Assembly (NCBI GenBank): GCA_965261005.1
Contig: OZ253375.1
Coordinates: 608,001 to 672,000 of the forward strand
Length of the DNA stretch: 64,000 bases
DNA from: Deinococcus sp.
GTDB taxonomy: Bacteria > Deinococcota > Deinococci > Deinococcales > Deinococcaceae
Direction: 5' to 3'
Under the pieces are notes generated by a model, which was not told where the DNA came from, ran no database searches, and worked only from the letters and a program-made list of their open reading frames with translations. Both the position numbers and the translations under genes were made by a program. Within the stretch, counting starts at the first letter, position 1, and each line of letters starts with the position of its first letter. Shown here one piece after another: positions 12,743 through 23,984 of this stretch.

Positions 12743-13225
12743 TCACAGCGGGCGCACCCGCCACTCGGAGGCGATGGGAAAGCCGGCGTCTTCTAGCATG
12801 GCGCGCTTAAGTTCGTCGTGGTGGCCGCACACGACCACGCCCAGCGCGCAGCCCTTTTCGCGGCCCCACCCCTGCGCGGCGTCCAACAGCTCGCGCCCCA
12901 CCAGGGGCCAAGCGCCGTCCTCGGTCACGGCGAAATCATCGATGGACAGCACGCTCCCGCCAGGGTCGTACACGGGCGGCGCGGGGACGATCTGCGCGAT
13001 CAGAAAGCCCATCAGCTCCGCGCCCGACTCGGCCAGCAGGACGTGGACATTCTCGCGGGTCAGCAGCTGCCCGAAAAAGGCCGCCTGCTTCTCGTCCGCC
13101 TCACCGGCCACCCGCCAAAAGACCGGCTGGGCCTGGGCGTACTGAGCACGCTTTTGGGCGGACAGGGCCACCAGGCGCGGCACGTCCCCCGGCTGGGCGG
13201 GGCGCAGGCTCGTCAAACTGTTCAT
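12743..13225 (-). CDS. GNAT family N-acetyltransferase
   Basis: LRPAQPGDVP..., APPVYDPGG, IDDFAV...VGRELLDAA; ATG 13225 with SD GGAGG. The longer track ORF reads through the T-box RNA. Confidence 0.85.
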   Translation of the reverse strand: MNSLTSLRPAQPGDVPRLVALSAQKRAQYAQAQPVFWRVAGEADEKQAAFFGQLLTRENVHVLLAESGAELMGFLIAQIVPAPPVYDPGGSVLSIDDFAVTEDGAWPLVGRELLDAAQGWGREKGCALGVVVCGHHDELKRAMLEDAGFPIASEWRVRPL

Positions 13226-13254
13226 CACCGACCTCCAAAACAACTCAATCTCCA

Positions 13255-13515
13255 AAACAACGACGCCCCGCCCGCTTTCTGCGGACGAGGCGTGTACAAT
13301 TCGTACCCGTTCCCGTGGTCCCACCGCTGTTCCGCCCGGTATGCCGGCGCGGCACTTTAGCGCGCTGTGACGGGCGCCCCCGGCGGGTCTAGTGGGCCGA
13401 TTGGCCGTTCTTCCGCTGCTCGCGGGCGACTTCGCCGCTGCGCTTGCCCAGCCCTTTTTCAGCTTCCGGGGCCTCTCTGTGGGCGCGCTCACGGGTACTC
13501 CTCCCGGTCCTCGCG
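13255..13515 (-). promoter_or_regulatory. T-box riboswitch, valine specifier GUC
   Basis: Minus strand: TATACT -10 (13521-13526), AGTA, AGAGA bulge, GCTGAAA apical loop, GAA-GTC specifier (13428-13430), stem IIA/B-like GCCCGTCACAGCGC, T-box AACAGCGGTGGGACCACGG (13313-13331), then hairpin ACGCCTCGTCCGC-AGAAA-GCGGGCGGGGCGT and a U-rich tail. Confidence 0.92.
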
Positions 13516-13695
13516 TGGAAAGTATAGCGCGCCCAAGTGAGGAAACTTCGCCGTGCGAGGCGCATTTTTCAGCTTCGGCACGCCTTCACATTGTCTTGAC
13601 CCGCTTGGGTTACACTCTTCTGAACGCTTCGTGAAGGCTCTTTCTCCGCGTTGTGGCGCCCAGCGGCCTGACGTCCCACTCGGGGAGGGATACGT

Positions 13696-14106
13696 ATGAC
13701 TTCCGGCTCTCGCAAACAGCTGCTTTTGGTTGAGGACAGCCCGCAAGACGTCGAACTCGCGCAGATCGCGCTGGAATCCAGCGAGGTGCGCTGCGAGCTG
13801 CGGGTGGCCAACGACGGTCAGGAGGCGCTCGACTACTTCGACCGTCAAAGGGCGCCCGATTTGGTGCTGCTCGACCTCAACATGCCGCGCGTGGGCGGTC
13901 TGGAGGTGTTGCGCCGCCTCAAGGGCGACGCGCGCTGGCGCCACGTTCCCGTCGTGATCTTCACGACCTCGAACGCGCAAAACGACCGCGACGCCTGCGC
14001 GGCCCTGGGCGCGGACGACTACATCGTGAAGCCGAACGACATCCAGGGCCTTGTCAAGACCGTCAACGCGCTGGGCACGCGCTGGCTGGACGCCGCCATT
14101 TGCTGA
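13696..14106 (+). CDS. Single-domain response regulator (Rcp1-like receiver)
   Basis: LLVEDS, LVLLDLNMP, IFTTS and YIVKP motifs. Confidence 0.92.
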   Translation: MTSGSRKQLLLVEDSPQDVELAQIALESSEVRCELRVANDGQEALDYFDRQRAPDLVLLDLNMPRVGGLEVLRRLKGDARWRHVPVVIFTTSNAQNDRDACAALGADDYIVKPNDIQGLVKTVNALGTRWLDAAIC

Positions 14107-14110
14107 GCTG

Positions 14111-14734
14111 CTAATTCAACTCCCGGTTGGTCCGATTGAAGTTCAGCTCGGCCCAATCGGCGCGGAAGAGCCATTGCTGGTCCGCCTCGCCCTCGCGGGT
14201 GTACCACACCCGCACGCCCCGGTTGGGCACCGGCCAAGGCAACAAACGCGCCCACTCGCCGCAGGGAAGCACCTGAATGGGGGCGCCGCTGCCGTCGTCG
14301 GCGCGCACGCTGAGCCAAGCGTTTTGGTCGGCGGGGGACCAGCCGCGCACCAGGAGAGTTTCCCCGCCGACGTTTCTCAGCTTGGCGCCGGTCGCCTCCA
14401 AGTGCAGCTCGATGTCGGGGTGGGCCGGCTCCAGGGAAGGCTGCCAGCGGGCGAAGGTGTGGACCTCCGGCTCGGGACGGCGGCGCGGGCGGGCGCGCAG
14501 GTCAGGCGCGTAGTACCCGATCAGCGCGAGGGCCACCGCCAGCCCGATCAGGGCGTCCAGCTGAAAGCTGAGGGCCACGAACAGCAGCGCGGCGCCGAGC
14601 GGCAGCAGAAAGCCGCGCCGGTTCACCAACCCCCCGCGCCGCTCGCGCCGCACCTCGCCCCACCACAGCAGCCCCAGCAGCGCGCTGATCAGGGCGTAGC
14701 CGACGATGCGGTAGGCGTCAGGCACGCGGGCCAC
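14111..14734 (-). CDS. Hypothetical membrane-anchored protein
   Basis: N-terminal hydrophobic helices plus a soluble C-terminal part; overlaps the moaB stop, so likely operonic; start uncertain. Confidence 0.65.
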   Translation of the reverse strand: MARVPDAYRIVGYALISALLGLLWWGEVRRERRGGLVNRRGFLLPLGAALLFVALSFQLDALIGLAVALALIGYYAPDLRARPRRRPEPEVHTFARWQPSLEPAHPDIELHLEATGAKLRNVGGETLLVRGWSPADQNAWLSVRADDGSGAPIQVLPCGEWARLLPWPVPNRGVRVWYTREGEADQQWLFRADWAELNFNRTNRELN

Positions 14735-15233
14735 CTTTCTGGGTTTCGTAGACCAGGTGGGCCAGTTCTCGGCCCAGCAGCTTGTCCCAAGCGGTGCGCA
14801 CGGCGTTGAGCGAGCCGGGCAAGGCGAACAGCAAGGTCCCGTTCCCAGTCAGGCCGCCCAGCGCCCGCGACAGCATGGCCGCGCCGCCCACCTCGGCGTA
14901 GGACAGCATGCGGAACAGCTCGCCGAAGCCGGGCATGGGCTTGTGAATCAGACGCTCGATCACCGGAACGGTCACGTCGCGCCCGGCGATGCCGGTGCCG
15001 CCCGTGGAGATCACCACCTGGGCGCCCGGCATCAAGCGCGCGAGGGCGGCGCGAATCTCGGCTTCCTCGTCATGCACAATTTGGTAGCCGCTCACCGCGT
15101 GGCCGGCCGCCCTCAGCTGTTCCAGCAGATAGTGGCCGCTGGTATCCGTCTCCTCGGTGCGGGTGTCGCTGACGGTCAGCACGGCGGCGCGCACATGAAG
15201 AGGCGCGCGCTCCCGGTGGTCTTGGGCGCTCAT
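14718..15233 (-). CDS. moaB: Molybdenum cofactor biosynthesis protein MoaB/MogA family
   Basis: [33 protein letters not shown] and LPGS motifs; TACAGT 6 nt before ATG. Confidence 0.9.
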   Translation of the reverse strand: MSAQDHRERAPLHVRAAVLTVSDTRTEETDTSGHYLLEQLRAAGHAVSGYQIVHDEEAEIRAALARLMPGAQVVISTGGTGIAGRDVTVPVIERLIHKPMPGFGELFRMLSYAEVGGAAMLSRALGGLTGNGTLLFALPGSLNAVRTAWDKLLGRELAHLVYETQKGGPRA

Positions 15234-15283
15234 GCTCTCACTGTACTCAGGAGTGACCGCCCCGCCCGTGAGCGGGAGCAGGT

Positions 15284-16138
15284 TCAGCGCCCAGCCTCCA
15301 GCACCTGCCGGGGCGTCCCCGGCAGCGCGCGCCAATCCCCACGGGTCAGTTCCCCCGGCGCCTTGCGCCAGTGCAGCGCGAGCCACACCCCGGCCTGAGC
15401 GCGCAAAAAGGCCAGGTACTCGCCGCCGCCACCCGAGCGCACGCACTCCACGGCGAGTTCTTCGAGCTGCCCGGCCAGCTCGGTCAGCGCCAGGTAGCGC
15501 GCCGCCTCCGCGCCGGTCTCGCCGACGGCTTGGCGAACCGCGCCCCAACTTCCCGGGTCGCGCGTGAGGCGCCTCGCGGCCCCGGCCACCTCGGCGGCTT
15601 CCAGCAAGTGACGGCACGGCGCGCAGGGCGAGGTGCGGCTGGGCACGCCGCACACCGGGCAGGGGGGCCAGCCCTGCCCCTCGCGCCACAAGCGCGCCCG
15701 CGTAATCGCTTGGGCCGCCTTGAGGGCGCTTTCGCGCACGTTTTCGGGCACCCCAGCGACCAGCTCGGCGGCGCGGACCTGGTCGGGCGGGGGCAGCGGC
15801 TGCTCGGGCGGGGCGGGGACGGCCCGCTCCCAGCTGCCCACCGCGAAGCGCAGCTCGGTCACGCTCGCGTCGCCCAGCTTGGCCTGCAACCTTTCCAGAA
15901 AGAGTGGGCGCTGCAAGGTCAGGAAGTTGGCCAGCACCGAGTCCTGCGTCTCGATAAACAGCAGCGTGCCGTGCTGCGAGCGGGCGCGGGTCAGGCGGGC
16001 CAACTCCGGCCCCACCACCTCCGGCCATACCAGCAGGGCGCGCGCCCGCGTGACGCCGCGCGAGAGGCGGTTCTTCTGCATGGTCTGCGACAGCAAGGAG
16101 CGCCAATCGCGCGTGCCCCCGGTGCGGCGACGGGTCAC
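15284..16138 (-). CDS. DUF721/DciA-family protein with CxxC...CxxC zinc motif
   Basis: [15 protein letters not shown]...LFIE N-terminal domain and CPVC/CAPC; GTGA-coupled to recF. Confidence 0.8.
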   Translation of the reverse strand: MTRRRTGGTRDWRSLLSQTMQKNRLSRGVTRARALLVWPEVVGPELARLTRARSQHGTLLFIETQDSVLANFLTLQRPLFLERLQAKLGDASVTELRFAVGSWERAVPAPPEQPLPPPDQVRAAELVAGVPENVRESALKAAQAITRARLWREGQGWPPCPVCGVPSRTSPCAPCRHLLEAAEVAGAARRLTRDPGSWGAVRQAVGETGAEAARYLALTELAGQLEELAVECVRSGGGGEYLAFLRAQAGVWLALHWRKAPGELTRGDWRALPGTPRQVLEAGR

Positions 16139-17211
16139 GAGAACACCCCCTCCTCGGCGCGCAAACACTGGACTGCCCCTGGCACGGCTTCGGTGCCGGT
16201 CACGATGGCTTGCGGCACGCCCCGCGCGAGGTCCAGCAAAAAGGCGCGCCGCCGGGGATCGAGTTCGGCGGTCCAGTCGTCAATCAGCAGCACCGGCGGC
16301 TCGCCCACCCGCTCGCGCAGCAAGTCCAGCTCGGCCTTACGCAGCGCGAGGGCGATGGTCCGCGCCTCGCCCCGGCTGGCGTAGTCCCCCGCCGCCAGGC
16401 CGTCCAACTCGATCAGCACATCGTCGCGGTGCGGCCCAGACAAGGTGGCCCCGCGCGCCAGTTCCTCGGGGCGGCGGCGGCGCAAGTCGTCCAGAAAGCC
16501 GTCCGGCGAGGTCGTCTCCTGGAGGCGCAGGGTCAGGTTCTTGTGGCCGCCCAGCGCCGCGTGGGCCTCTCCCGTCAGCGGCTCCAAGCGCGCGAGCACG
16601 CGCCGGCGCAAGGTCAGCAGCTCGGCGCCCAACTCGGCCAGTTGCAGGTCCCACACCTCCAGCCCCGCCCCCCCGCCGGCGCCCAACTCACCGGCGCCCA
16701 ACTCACCGGCGCCCAACTCACCGGCGCGCAGGGCGGCGTTGCGCTGCGCGAGGTGGCGCTCGTAGCGCGCCAGGGCGTGCGCGTAGCGGGCCGAGAGGCG
16801 CGACAAGAGGGCGTCCAAAAAGGCGCGCCGGTTACTGGGCGGCCCCAGCACCAGCTCGCTGTCCTCGGGCCGCAGCCACACGGCGCTGCCCCGGGGCAAG
16901 TCCTGAGCGCGCACCCGCACGCCGTCCACCTTGGCGCTGCGGCGCCCGCGCCCCAGGCCCACCTCCAGCACGCTGAGGCCCTCCCCCCGCATCAGGTCGG
17001 CGCGCACGTAGGCTTCCCCCTCGCCGCGCGTCACCAGCTGCTCCAGCTTCGCCGCCCCGGTCAAACCCGTCAGCACCAAGTAGACCGCCTCCTGCACGTT
17101 GGTCTTGCCCGCCCCGTTCGGCCCCGCCACGCTGATCAGGCCCGGCGCCAAGCTCAAGGTGGCCGGGGCCAGATTGCGGTAGTTGAGGGTCGAGAGGGCG
17201 CGCAGGTACAC
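16135..17211 (-). CDS. recF: DNA replication and repair protein RecF
   Basis: [28 protein letters not shown] and LLIDD motifs; leaderless TACAAT promoter. Confidence 0.95.
   Translation of the reverse strand: MYLRALSTLNYRNLAPATLSLAPGLISVAGPNGAGKTNVQEAVYLVLTGLTGAAKLEQLVTRGEGEAYVRADLMRGEGLSVLEVGLGRGRRSAKVDGVRVRAQDLPRGSAVWLRPEDSELVLGPPSNRRAFLDALLSRLSARYAHALARYERHLAQRNAALRAGELGAGELGAGELGAGGGAGLEVWDLQLAELGAELLTLRRRVLARLEPLTGEAHAALGGHKNLTLRLQETTSPDGFLDDLRRRRPEELARGATLSGPHRDDVLIELDGLAAGDYASRGEARTIALALRKAELDLLRERVGEPPVLLIDDWTAELDPRRRAFLLDLARGVPQAIVTGTEAVPGAVQCLRAEEGVFS
16676..16727. repeat. 15-bp tandem repeat (3 full copies plus a partial) inside recF
   Basis: CCGGCGCCCAACTCA x3 plus CCGGCGC; encodes (AGELG)x3. 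Confidence 0.9.
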
Positions 17212-17385
17212 GCGGTTATTGTACGGGCGGGCCGGCGCTCCGCCTGGTCCTCACGGCGGCGTGCGTACAATGGGGCCGTCGGCCGTCCACCGCAGGGCAC
17301 CCCGGGTGCCGGCGACGCCTTGGCCGGAGAGGTCTTGCCGGGAAAGTCTTGCCAGAAATATCTTGATTGAGAAAGGCGACGCCGC

Positions 17386-18735
17386 TTGAAGGGCAGTTGG
17401 AAAGACATCTCAAAGGACCTCGTGAGCGACCCCTCGGCCGCGCGAATGCGCGTCGCCTCGCAGCGGGCGAGAAAGTGGATGGCCCCCGGCATGGGGGTCA
17501 AGCGGTGGCTGAGCGTGCTGGTCACCTGCGTGGTGTTTTGGGCCATCGGGTTTTTGTACTTCGTGTGGACCGGGCCGCTGCACTTTATCGCCACAAGGTG
17601 GATTTTGTGGCTGAACACCCTGACCAACCCCAACGTGGCCCCGCTGTGGGCGACCGGCGGCCTGCTGATGCTGCTGGCCTTTGCCGGCGCCATCACCAGC
17701 GTCGTGATGCTCAACCGCTCGCTCTTACAGTCCACCGGCACCAAGCCCTCCGAGGCGGTGGACGCCATCTACGCGCGGCGCACCCTCACGCGCGGCGCGC
17801 GGGTGGTCACGCTGGGCGGCGGCACCGGCATGTCCAATCTGCTGTCGGGCCTCAAGCACCACACCGCCAACATCACCGCCGTCGTGACCGTCAGCGACGA
17901 CGGCGGATCGAGCGGGCAGCTCAGAAAAGCCCTCGACATGATCGCGCCGGGGGACTTGACCGATTGCTACGCGGCCCTGTCCGACTCCCCGGTGTTGGCG
18001 CGGCTGCTGCTGCACCGTTTTCGGCGCGGCGAGGGGCTGTCCGGGCACACCTTCGGCAACCTGATGCTGGCGACCCTGTCCGAGGAGCAGGGCGGCCTGG
18101 CGCACGCCATGAGCGACGTGCACGAGGTCCTCAAGGTGCGCGGCAAGGTGTTTCCCGCCACGCCCACCCCGGCGACCCTGGTGGCCCACCTGGAAGGCGG
18201 CGCAGAGGTGCGCGGCGAAAGCGCCCTGCACGCCCAGCGCGCCGGGCGCCCGGTGCGGCGCATGAGCCTGGACCCACAGGAGGTGAGCGCCCTGCCCGAG
18301 GTGGTGCAGGCCATTGTGGACGCCGACTTGGTGGTGATCGGTCCCGGCAGCTTGCTCACGTCCCTGATTCCGGCGGTGCTGGTGCCCGACGTGGCGGACG
18401 CGCTCAGGCGCAGCGCGGCCAAGCTGGTCTACGTCGCCAACATGATGAGCGAGCGCGGCGAGACCGACGACCTCGATCTGGAGGGGCACGAGCGCCTGCT
18501 CGCGGAGCACATCGGCCGCGCGCCCGACTGGATTCTGGTCAACAGCGCTCCCGTCAGCGTGTCGGTGCGCGAGCGCTACGCGCAGGAGGGCGCCCACCTG
18601 CTCAGCTCGCGCGGCACCTCGCCCGGTTTTCGCGCGCGGGTGCGCTTTTCGGCCCTGCTCGCGGAGGGCAGCGGCCAGCACGACCCGGACAAGCTGGCGG
18701 CGGCCCTGCTACGGCTGCTGGCGCGCGGGCGCTGA
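17386..18735 (+). CDS. yvcK: YvcK/GlmR (gluconeogenesis factor, UPF0052) family protein with N-terminal TM helices
   Basis: [26 protein letters not shown] and [11 protein letters not shown] motifs; start uncertain (17386/17422/17446). Confidence 0.88.
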   Translation: MKGSWKDISKDLVSDPSAARMRVASQRARKWMAPGMGVKRWLSVLVTCVVFWAIGFLYFVWTGPLHFIATRWILWLNTLTNPNVAPLWATGGLLMLLAFAGAITSVVMLNRSLLQSTGTKPSEAVDAIYARRTLTRGARVVTLGGGTGMSNLLSGLKHHTANITAVVTVSDDGGSSGQLRKALDMIAPGDLTDCYAALSDSPVLARLLLHRFRRGEGLSGHTFGNLMLATLSEEQGGLAHAMSDVHEVLKVRGKVFPATPTPATLVAHLEGGAEVRGESALHAQRAGRPVRRMSLDPQEVSALPEVVQAIVDADLVVIGPGSLLTSLIPAVLVPDVADALRRSAAKLVYVANMMSERGETDDLDLEGHERLLAEHIGRAPDWILVNSAPVSVSVRERYAQEGAHLLSSRGTSPGFRARVRFSALLAEGSGQHDPDKLAAALLRLLARGR

Positions 18736-18765
18736 GACGCGCGACAACCCTCTATACTTTGCCGC

Positions 18766-19500
18766 GTGCTCGACGCTCCCCCCCTGCTCACCCTGTCCGA
18801 CCCGGTCGGCGACGTGCGCGGCGACGGCAGCTACACGCTGCCCTCCGCCTTGGTGGGCGGCATCGAGCGCAGCCTCGATGTGCGCGAGCTGCGCGCCGAC
18901 AATGTGGGCGGCAAGCTGGTGCTGACCGTCGGCTTGGGCGGCACCGACAACCCTTGGAACGCGCCCAGGGGGTTCTCGGCCATCTTGCTCGACGTGTTCG
19001 TGAAAACCGACTACGGCGGCCAACTGGCCCTCGGCGACACCGGCTTTTCGGCGCCGCCGGGCAGCGGCTGGCAGCGGCATTATCAAGTCAGCGGCTTTGC
19101 CACGCGGGCCTGGGCGGCGGACAAAGACGGGACCGTGCGGCCCCTCGGAAAGGTGCCGGACGTGCGCTTGGAGGGCAGCGCGCTGATCCTCGCGACCGAC
19201 CTCGCCGCCGGAAGCGACAGCTACTGGGTCACCAGCCGGATCTACTCGCCGCTGACACCGAAAGGTTTTTTGGAGCCGCAGGTGGACGCGGGGGAAGCCG
19301 GGTTGGGCGCCCCCCGGCCGGGCATGCCCAGCCCGGTGGACGTGCTGGCAAGCGGGGACCAAGCCCGCCTCTACGCCGAGCGCGTCGTGCCGCCCTCGGG
19401 CCAGCGCCGCGACCGCCGGCCGCTGATCCTGTTGGGCGTGGCCGTGGGCGCGCTGCTGCTCACGCTGGTGGCGACCGTGCGCGCGTGGCGGCGCCCCTGA
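18766..19500 (+). CDS. Glucodextranase DOMON-like domain protein with C-terminal membrane anchor
   Basis: [15 protein letters not shown] and [15 protein letters not shown] motifs; C-terminal TM. Confidence 0.75.
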   Translation: MLDAPPLLTLSDPVGDVRGDGSYTLPSALVGGIERSLDVRELRADNVGGKLVLTVGLGGTDNPWNAPRGFSAILLDVFVKTDYGGQLALGDTGFSAPPGSGWQRHYQVSGFATRAWAADKDGTVRPLGKVPDVRLEGSALILATDLAAGSDSYWVTSRIYSPLTPKGFLEPQVDAGEAGLGAPRPGMPSPVDVLASGDQARLYAERVVPPSGQRRDRRPLILLGVAVGALLLTLVATVRAWRRP

Positions 19501-19513
19501 TCAGGGTCCACCC

Positions 19514-20347
19514 GTGAGGCCCGCCCTGCTGATCCTCACGGCGGCGGCGCTGTGGGGTCTGCTGGGCATCTCCAGCACGTTCGCCTTTCAGTTGGGCCTG
19601 CACCCGCTGGAAATCGCCTTTTGGCGGGCGGTGCTGGGCGGGGGGCTGTTCGCCGCGCACGCCTTGACCGTTCGCGCCGCCCTTCCCAGAGGCCGTGACC
19701 TGCTGGTCACGGCCGTGTTCGGCCTTGCGGGCGTGAGCGTGTTTTACGGGTCCTACCAGCTGGCCGTGCGTGCCGGCGGCGCCGGTTTCGCCAGCGTGCT
19801 GCTCTACACCGCCCCGGCCTTTGTGGCGCTGCTGTCGTGGCCGGCGTTGCGCGAACGGGTCAGCGCCCCGACTTGGATCGGCGCGGGCGCGGCCGTGCTG
19901 GGCGTGGCGCTGCTGTCAGTCGGTGGGGAGGGCCGCTTCAGCCCCGCCGCCCTCGCCTTCGGTTTGCTCAGCGGCCTCACCTACGCGCTGTACTACCTCT
20001 ACGGCAAGACCTACTTCAGCCGCTACGCGCCGGCCGCCCTGCTGGCCGTGGCGCTGCCGGTGGGGGCGCTGGGCCTCGCGCCGTTCACGCCCTTTGCCCA
20101 CAAGACGGGCGCCGCTTGGGCGCTGCTCCTCGCCGTCGCCGTCTTCTCGACCTACCTGGCCTACCTCGCCTACGGCGCGGGGTTGCGCGGCCTCAGCGCC
20201 GCGCGCGCCAGCGTGATCGCCGCGCTGGAGCCGGTGGTCGCCGCGAGCCTGGCCGCCTGGCTGTTCGGCGAGCGCTTCGGCAGTGGGGGCCTCCTGGGCG
20301 CGGGGCTGGTAGTCGGGGCGGCGGTGTGGATGGGGACCAGGACATAA
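19514..20347 (+). CDS. EamA/DMT family transporter
   Basis: About 10 TM helices in two repeats; LLYTAPAFV and ALEPVVA motifs. Confidence 0.88.
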   Translation: MRPALLILTAAALWGLLGISSTFAFQLGLHPLEIAFWRAVLGGGLFAAHALTVRAALPRGRDLLVTAVFGLAGVSVFYGSYQLAVRAGGAGFASVLLYTAPAFVALLSWPALRERVSAPTWIGAGAAVLGVALLSVGGEGRFSPAALAFGLLSGLTYALYYLYGKTYFSRYAPAALLAVALPVGALGLAPFTPFAHKTGAAWALLLAVAVFSTYLAYLAYGAGLRGLSAARASVIAALEPVVAASLAAWLFGERFGSGGLLGAGLVVGAAVWMGTRT

Positions 20348-20348
20348 G

Positions 20349-21227
20349 CTACGACCACAGTTCCACCACGCGCGCGCGGCGCAGCTCTTCCTCGCCGTAG
20401 CGCCCCGCGCTCTCGGGGGACGGGCGCCCCACGAAGCCGCCCCGGCCGGCCATTCTCGGCGCGCCCCCGCTGGTGCCGGCGCTGCTGCTGAGCACGATAG
20501 CCCTCAGTTCGGGCGGCTTGAGGTCATATCTCCCCGCCAGCCACCACGTCACCTGCAACAGGGCGGCCAAGGTGTCGCCCTCCACCTTGACGGGCTGTTC
20601 CAGCTCGAAGGCGCCCCGGCCTGACCCCGTGAGCGGCCTGAGCGCGGCCACCGTCGGAAACTCCTGCGTCAGCACCGCGCGCGCCTGCGCCCAAGCCGCG
20701 CGGAAGGTGCCCGCGCCGTACTGCTCGTCCAAGTGGGTTGCCAACTGCCGCAGGACGTTGTTCCACACCGCGAAATCCTGCGGTGTGGCCGAACTGGGTT
20801 GAGTTGCGCTCGCTTCAACCGACCCTGCAAAGCCCCCGCGCGCGGCCCCGACCTGCGAATTCATGGCGGCCGGCGGCGGCCCGGGCACGGCCGGTGGCGG
20901 CTCGGTCGCGGCGCCCAGACGAAGCTGATGGGTGTGTGCCTGGCTTTGCGCCCCCGGCTCGAAGCCGTAAAAGCCTTCCTGCCAGCCCAACACGTCCCGC
21001 AGCATGTCCCCCGCGCGCGCGTCCAGCGGCCCAAACGCCCAGCCGACCTGCTCACGGGCCTCCAGATGAACCAGAACACCCTCCTCGAAGTACAGCTCGC
21101 ACAGCAGGTCGCCCCGCATCACGGCCAGGCGGCCGGACGCCCGCTCACCCGCGAGGTGCAGCGCGACCTCCTCCGCCCTCCGCCTGCCCGCTTGCAGCGG
21201 ACCGTACCAGCTTACGGGCATGCTCAC
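20349..21227 (-). CDS. Hypothetical protein with a DUF4388/PATAN-like N-terminal domain
   Basis: ERASGRL...LYFEEGVLVH...LGWQEGFYGF pattern; coupled to the amtB stop. Confidence 0.6.
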   Translation of the reverse strand: MSMPVSWYGPLQAGRRRAEEVALHLAGERASGRLAVMRGDLLCELYFEEGVLVHLEAREQVGWAFGPLDARAGDMLRDVLGWQEGFYGFEPGAQSQAHTHQLRLGAATEPPPAVPGPPPAAMNSQVGAARGGFAGSVEASATQPSSATPQDFAVWNNVLRQLATHLDEQYGAGTFRAAWAQARAVLTQEFPTVAALRPLTGSGRGAFELEQPVKVEGDTLAALLQVTWWLAGRYDLKPPELRAIVLSSSAGTSGGAPRMAGRGGFVGRPSPESAGRYGEEELRRARVVELWS

Positions 21228-22504
21228 GCACCTTCGATGTAGGCTTGCTCACCGTGCGCGGCGAGATCGAGACCTTCGCGCTCCGCCTCGTCTTGCGCGC
21301 GCAGGGGAGTCAGCAGCCCTACCAGCCTGACCACCACAAAGGTGCCGGCGCCGCTCCACGCCAGCGTGAAACCCACGGCGACCAGTTGCACCAACAGCTG
21401 CGCCGGGTTGCCCGCGAGTAAACCGTTTGCGCCGCCGCTCCACGCCGCGTCCGCAAACACGCCGGTCAGCAGCGCGCCCACCAAGCCCGCCACGCCGTGG
21501 GCGGCGACCACGTCCAGCGAGTCGTCGAAGTTGCTGCCCGCGCGCCACAGCAAGGCGAAGTAGCTGGCGAGAGCGGCCAAGACGCCGATCACCAAGGCCG
21601 AAACCGGCGACACGAAGCCGGAAGCGGGCGTGATGGCCACCAAACCGACCACCACGGCGGTCGCAAATCCTACCGCCGGCATGCGGCCGTAGCGCCCGAG
21701 GTCGAGCAGCAGCCAGGTGCCCACCGTGGCGGCCGGAGCGATAAAGGTATTGGCAAACGCCAGCACGGCGCTGTTGCCGGCCACGAGGGCGCTGCCGCCG
21801 TTGAAGCCGAACCAGCCGAACCACAGCAGGCCCGCGCCCAGCAGTGAAAGGGGCACCGAGTGCGGGGAGATCAGGGGGCTGCCGTAATCGCGCCGGCGAC
21901 CGAGCAGGACCACCAGCACCGCTGCCGCCACGCCGGCGTTGACGTGTACGACCGTTCCGCCCGCGAAGTCGAGGGCGCCGAGGCGTGCCAGCCAGCCGCC
22001 GCCCCAGACCCAGTGCGCCAGCGGCGCGTACACCAGGGCGCTCCACAAGGCGGCGAACAGCAAATAAGCGCGGTAATTCATGCGCTCGATCACGGCGCCA
22101 GAGATAATCGCCACGGTCACGGCGGCGAACATGCAGTGAAACATTGCGTACAGCAGTCCCGGCACGCCGGCCACAGCCTCGAAGCCGACGCCCCGCAGCA
22201 ACAGGTGCTCAAGGTTGCCCCACCAAGCGTTGTTTCCGCCGAACGCCAAGGAGTAGCCGATGAGTACCCAGCTCAGGCCAACCAAGGCGAGGGCGCCGAA
22301 ACTCATCATCATGGTGTTTACCACGTTTTTACGCCGCACCAACCCGGCGTAAAAAAGGCCGAGGCCCGGCAGCATCAAGAGCACCAGGGCGGTGGAGATC
22401 AGCAACCAAGTCGGGTCAGCGGCGCGGGCCGCGTCCAAGGTCTGCGCCTGGGCCGCACCCCCGATCAAAAGCGGCAACAGCGCTTTTTTGATGTGAGAAA
22501 TCAT
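21224..22504 (-). CDS. amtB: Ammonium transporter
   Basis: LFYAGLVRRKN, DFAGGTVVH, LWFGWFGFNGGS, DDSLDVVAAHG and GLD..HGE motifs; TATACT 6 nt before ATG. Confidence 0.95.
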   Translation of the reverse strand: MISHIKKALLPLLIGGAAQAQTLDAARAADPTWLLISTALVLLMLPGLGLFYAGLVRRKNVVNTMMMSFGALALVGLSWVLIGYSLAFGGNNAWWGNLEHLLLRGVGFEAVAGVPGLLYAMFHCMFAAVTVAIISGAVIERMNYRAYLLFAALWSALVYAPLAHWVWGGGWLARLGALDFAGGTVVHVNAGVAAAVLVVLLGRRRDYGSPLISPHSVPLSLLGAGLLWFGWFGFNGGSALVAGNSAVLAFANTFIAPAATVGTWLLLDLGRYGRMPAVGFATAVVVGLVAITPASGFVSPVSALVIGVLAALASYFALLWRAGSNFDDSLDVVAAHGVAGLVGALLTGVFADAAWSGGANGLLAGNPAQLLVQLVAVGFTLAWSGAGTFVVVRLVGLLTPLRAQDEAEREGLDLAAHGEQAYIEGA

Positions 22505-22580
22505 GCATACAGTATAGGGACTCACGTCTCGCACACCACTTACACGAGGAGTCAATGTAAGTAGGTACGCTTTTTCAGCT

Positions 22581-23900
22581 TTATTTTTCTTGCTCCACCG
22601 GCTCCAAGTCGAAGCGCCACTCGAACGAGCGGTTCCACGGCAGCGAGGCGCCCTCCAGCAGGTAGACGTTGCCCAGGCGCAGCGGGAAGTAGCGCTGGGC
22701 AAGCGCCGTCAGGGTCTGGTCGGCTTGGGGCGTGCTGAGCGCCCCTTCCGGCAGGACTTGGCGCAGCTGCGGGCGAACTTTGACGCTGAAGATCACGTCG
22801 TTGGCGTACTCGCGGGCGAGTAAGGCGTCCTGCGCGCCGGGGCTGCTCGCGCGCAGCGCGACCGCCGCGTGCGCCAGCGCCGTGCCGATGTTGTTGCCGG
22901 GGGTGCCCCAAGCGGCCAGCGCGGCGAGGTCCTGCGGGCGGTCCAGGGTGCTCAAATCGGTCCAAAGGGGATCATTCCCCTGGTTGACGCTGCGCACGTC
23001 GGCCAGGGCCACCCGGCCGGCGCGCAGCAATTGCGACGCCCGCAGCGCCGCCGCCCTGGGGTCGCCGCCGTTGTAGACGTACAGATAGAGGTCATTCGGC
23101 CCCAGCGGGCGGGTGCCCGCGCCGCCAAACGGGGTCAGGATTGGGGCGCCCTCCACCGGCACCACCGTCCAGCCGGCCGCCCCCGCGTGTAGGCGCACGC
23201 TGTCGGTCAGGGGGACGCCCTCGTAGTTGGCGACCTTCTGCGCCGCCACGGGGTCGCTGAACTCGACGGCCAGCGCGCGCGCCTCCGGCGCCAGCGCCAG
23301 CGCCACCAGCGAAGAGAGCACCTCGTCGGCGCCGGGGTATACCATCACGTTGGCGGGCGCCCCTTCGCGCAGCTTGGCCCCCTCCTGCGGGGCGGGGGAT
23401 CCCTTTTTGGCATCGTCCCAGGTGACGTGCAGCTCGGCGAAGACCCCGTCGCGCGCCCACTGAACCATTGCCTGAGCCACCGCGAAGTTGCGCACCCTAT
23501 CTCGCGCGTCCGGCTCACGCGGCAAGGTGATAAAGGCGTAGACCGGCCGCCCGGTGCGCGCCGTCCATTCCCGCACCGGCTCCAAGCGGGCCAGCACCTG
23601 CTCAATACTCAGGTCGCTTGTGCGCGACTGCACCAAGCCGCCGTATCCCAGGGCGTCGAGGGCCACGATCAGCGGGCCGGGGGGTTGCTTGTTCAGCCAA
23701 CCCGTCAGCTGCTCCGGGTCGGCGCCCCGCGCGGCGTCACCCAGCAAATCGGGCGGCGGCACGCTGACCGTTTCGCCCGACAGGGCCGCGATCCGGGCGG
23801 GCAATTCGGAGGTGGTCGGGCGCGAGTCGAGGGGCAGCAGCACCACCTGGGCGGAGGCGCAGCAAACGCAGGCACAGAGCAGGAAGAGGAGGCGTCGCAT
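22581..23900 (-). CDS. DUF4127-family exported protein
   Basis: Signal peptide; [21 protein letters not shown] and [14 protein letters not shown] motifs. Confidence 0.75.
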   Translation of the reverse strand: MRRLLFLLCACVCCASAQVVLLPLDSRPTTSELPARIAALSGETVSVPPPDLLGDAARGADPEQLTGWLNKQPPGPLIVALDALGYGGLVQSRTSDLSIEQVLARLEPVREWTARTGRPVYAFITLPREPDARDRVRNFAVAQAMVQWARDGVFAELHVTWDDAKKGSPAPQEGAKLREGAPANVMVYPGADEVLSSLVALALAPEARALAVEFSDPVAAQKVANYEGVPLTDSVRLHAGAAGWTVVPVEGAPILTPFGGAGTRPLGPNDLYLYVYNGGDPRAAALRASQLLRAGRVALADVRSVNQGNDPLWTDLSTLDRPQDLAALAAWGTPGNNIGTALAHAAVALRASSPGAQDALLAREYANDVIFSVKVRPQLRQVLPEGALSTPQADQTLTALAQRYFPLRLGNVYLLEGASLPWNRSFEWRFDLEPVEQEK

Positions 23901-23984
23901 CCAAAAAAGTCTAGCGGGGCATCTTGAGGGGCAATCATCAAAAACCCTCATAGCGCCGCCCCTTAAAGCGCCTAAGCTGACGGC

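Noticed and set aside
13226..13492. N-terminal extension of the 249-aa GNAT ORF in the track
   Set aside because: The region is the T-box RNA; the SD and ATG at 13225 give a normal-length GNAT.
17331..17373. Roughly 14-bp-period TCTTG repeats upstream of yvcK
   Set aside because: Too degenerate to separate an operator from slippage; no candidate regulator.
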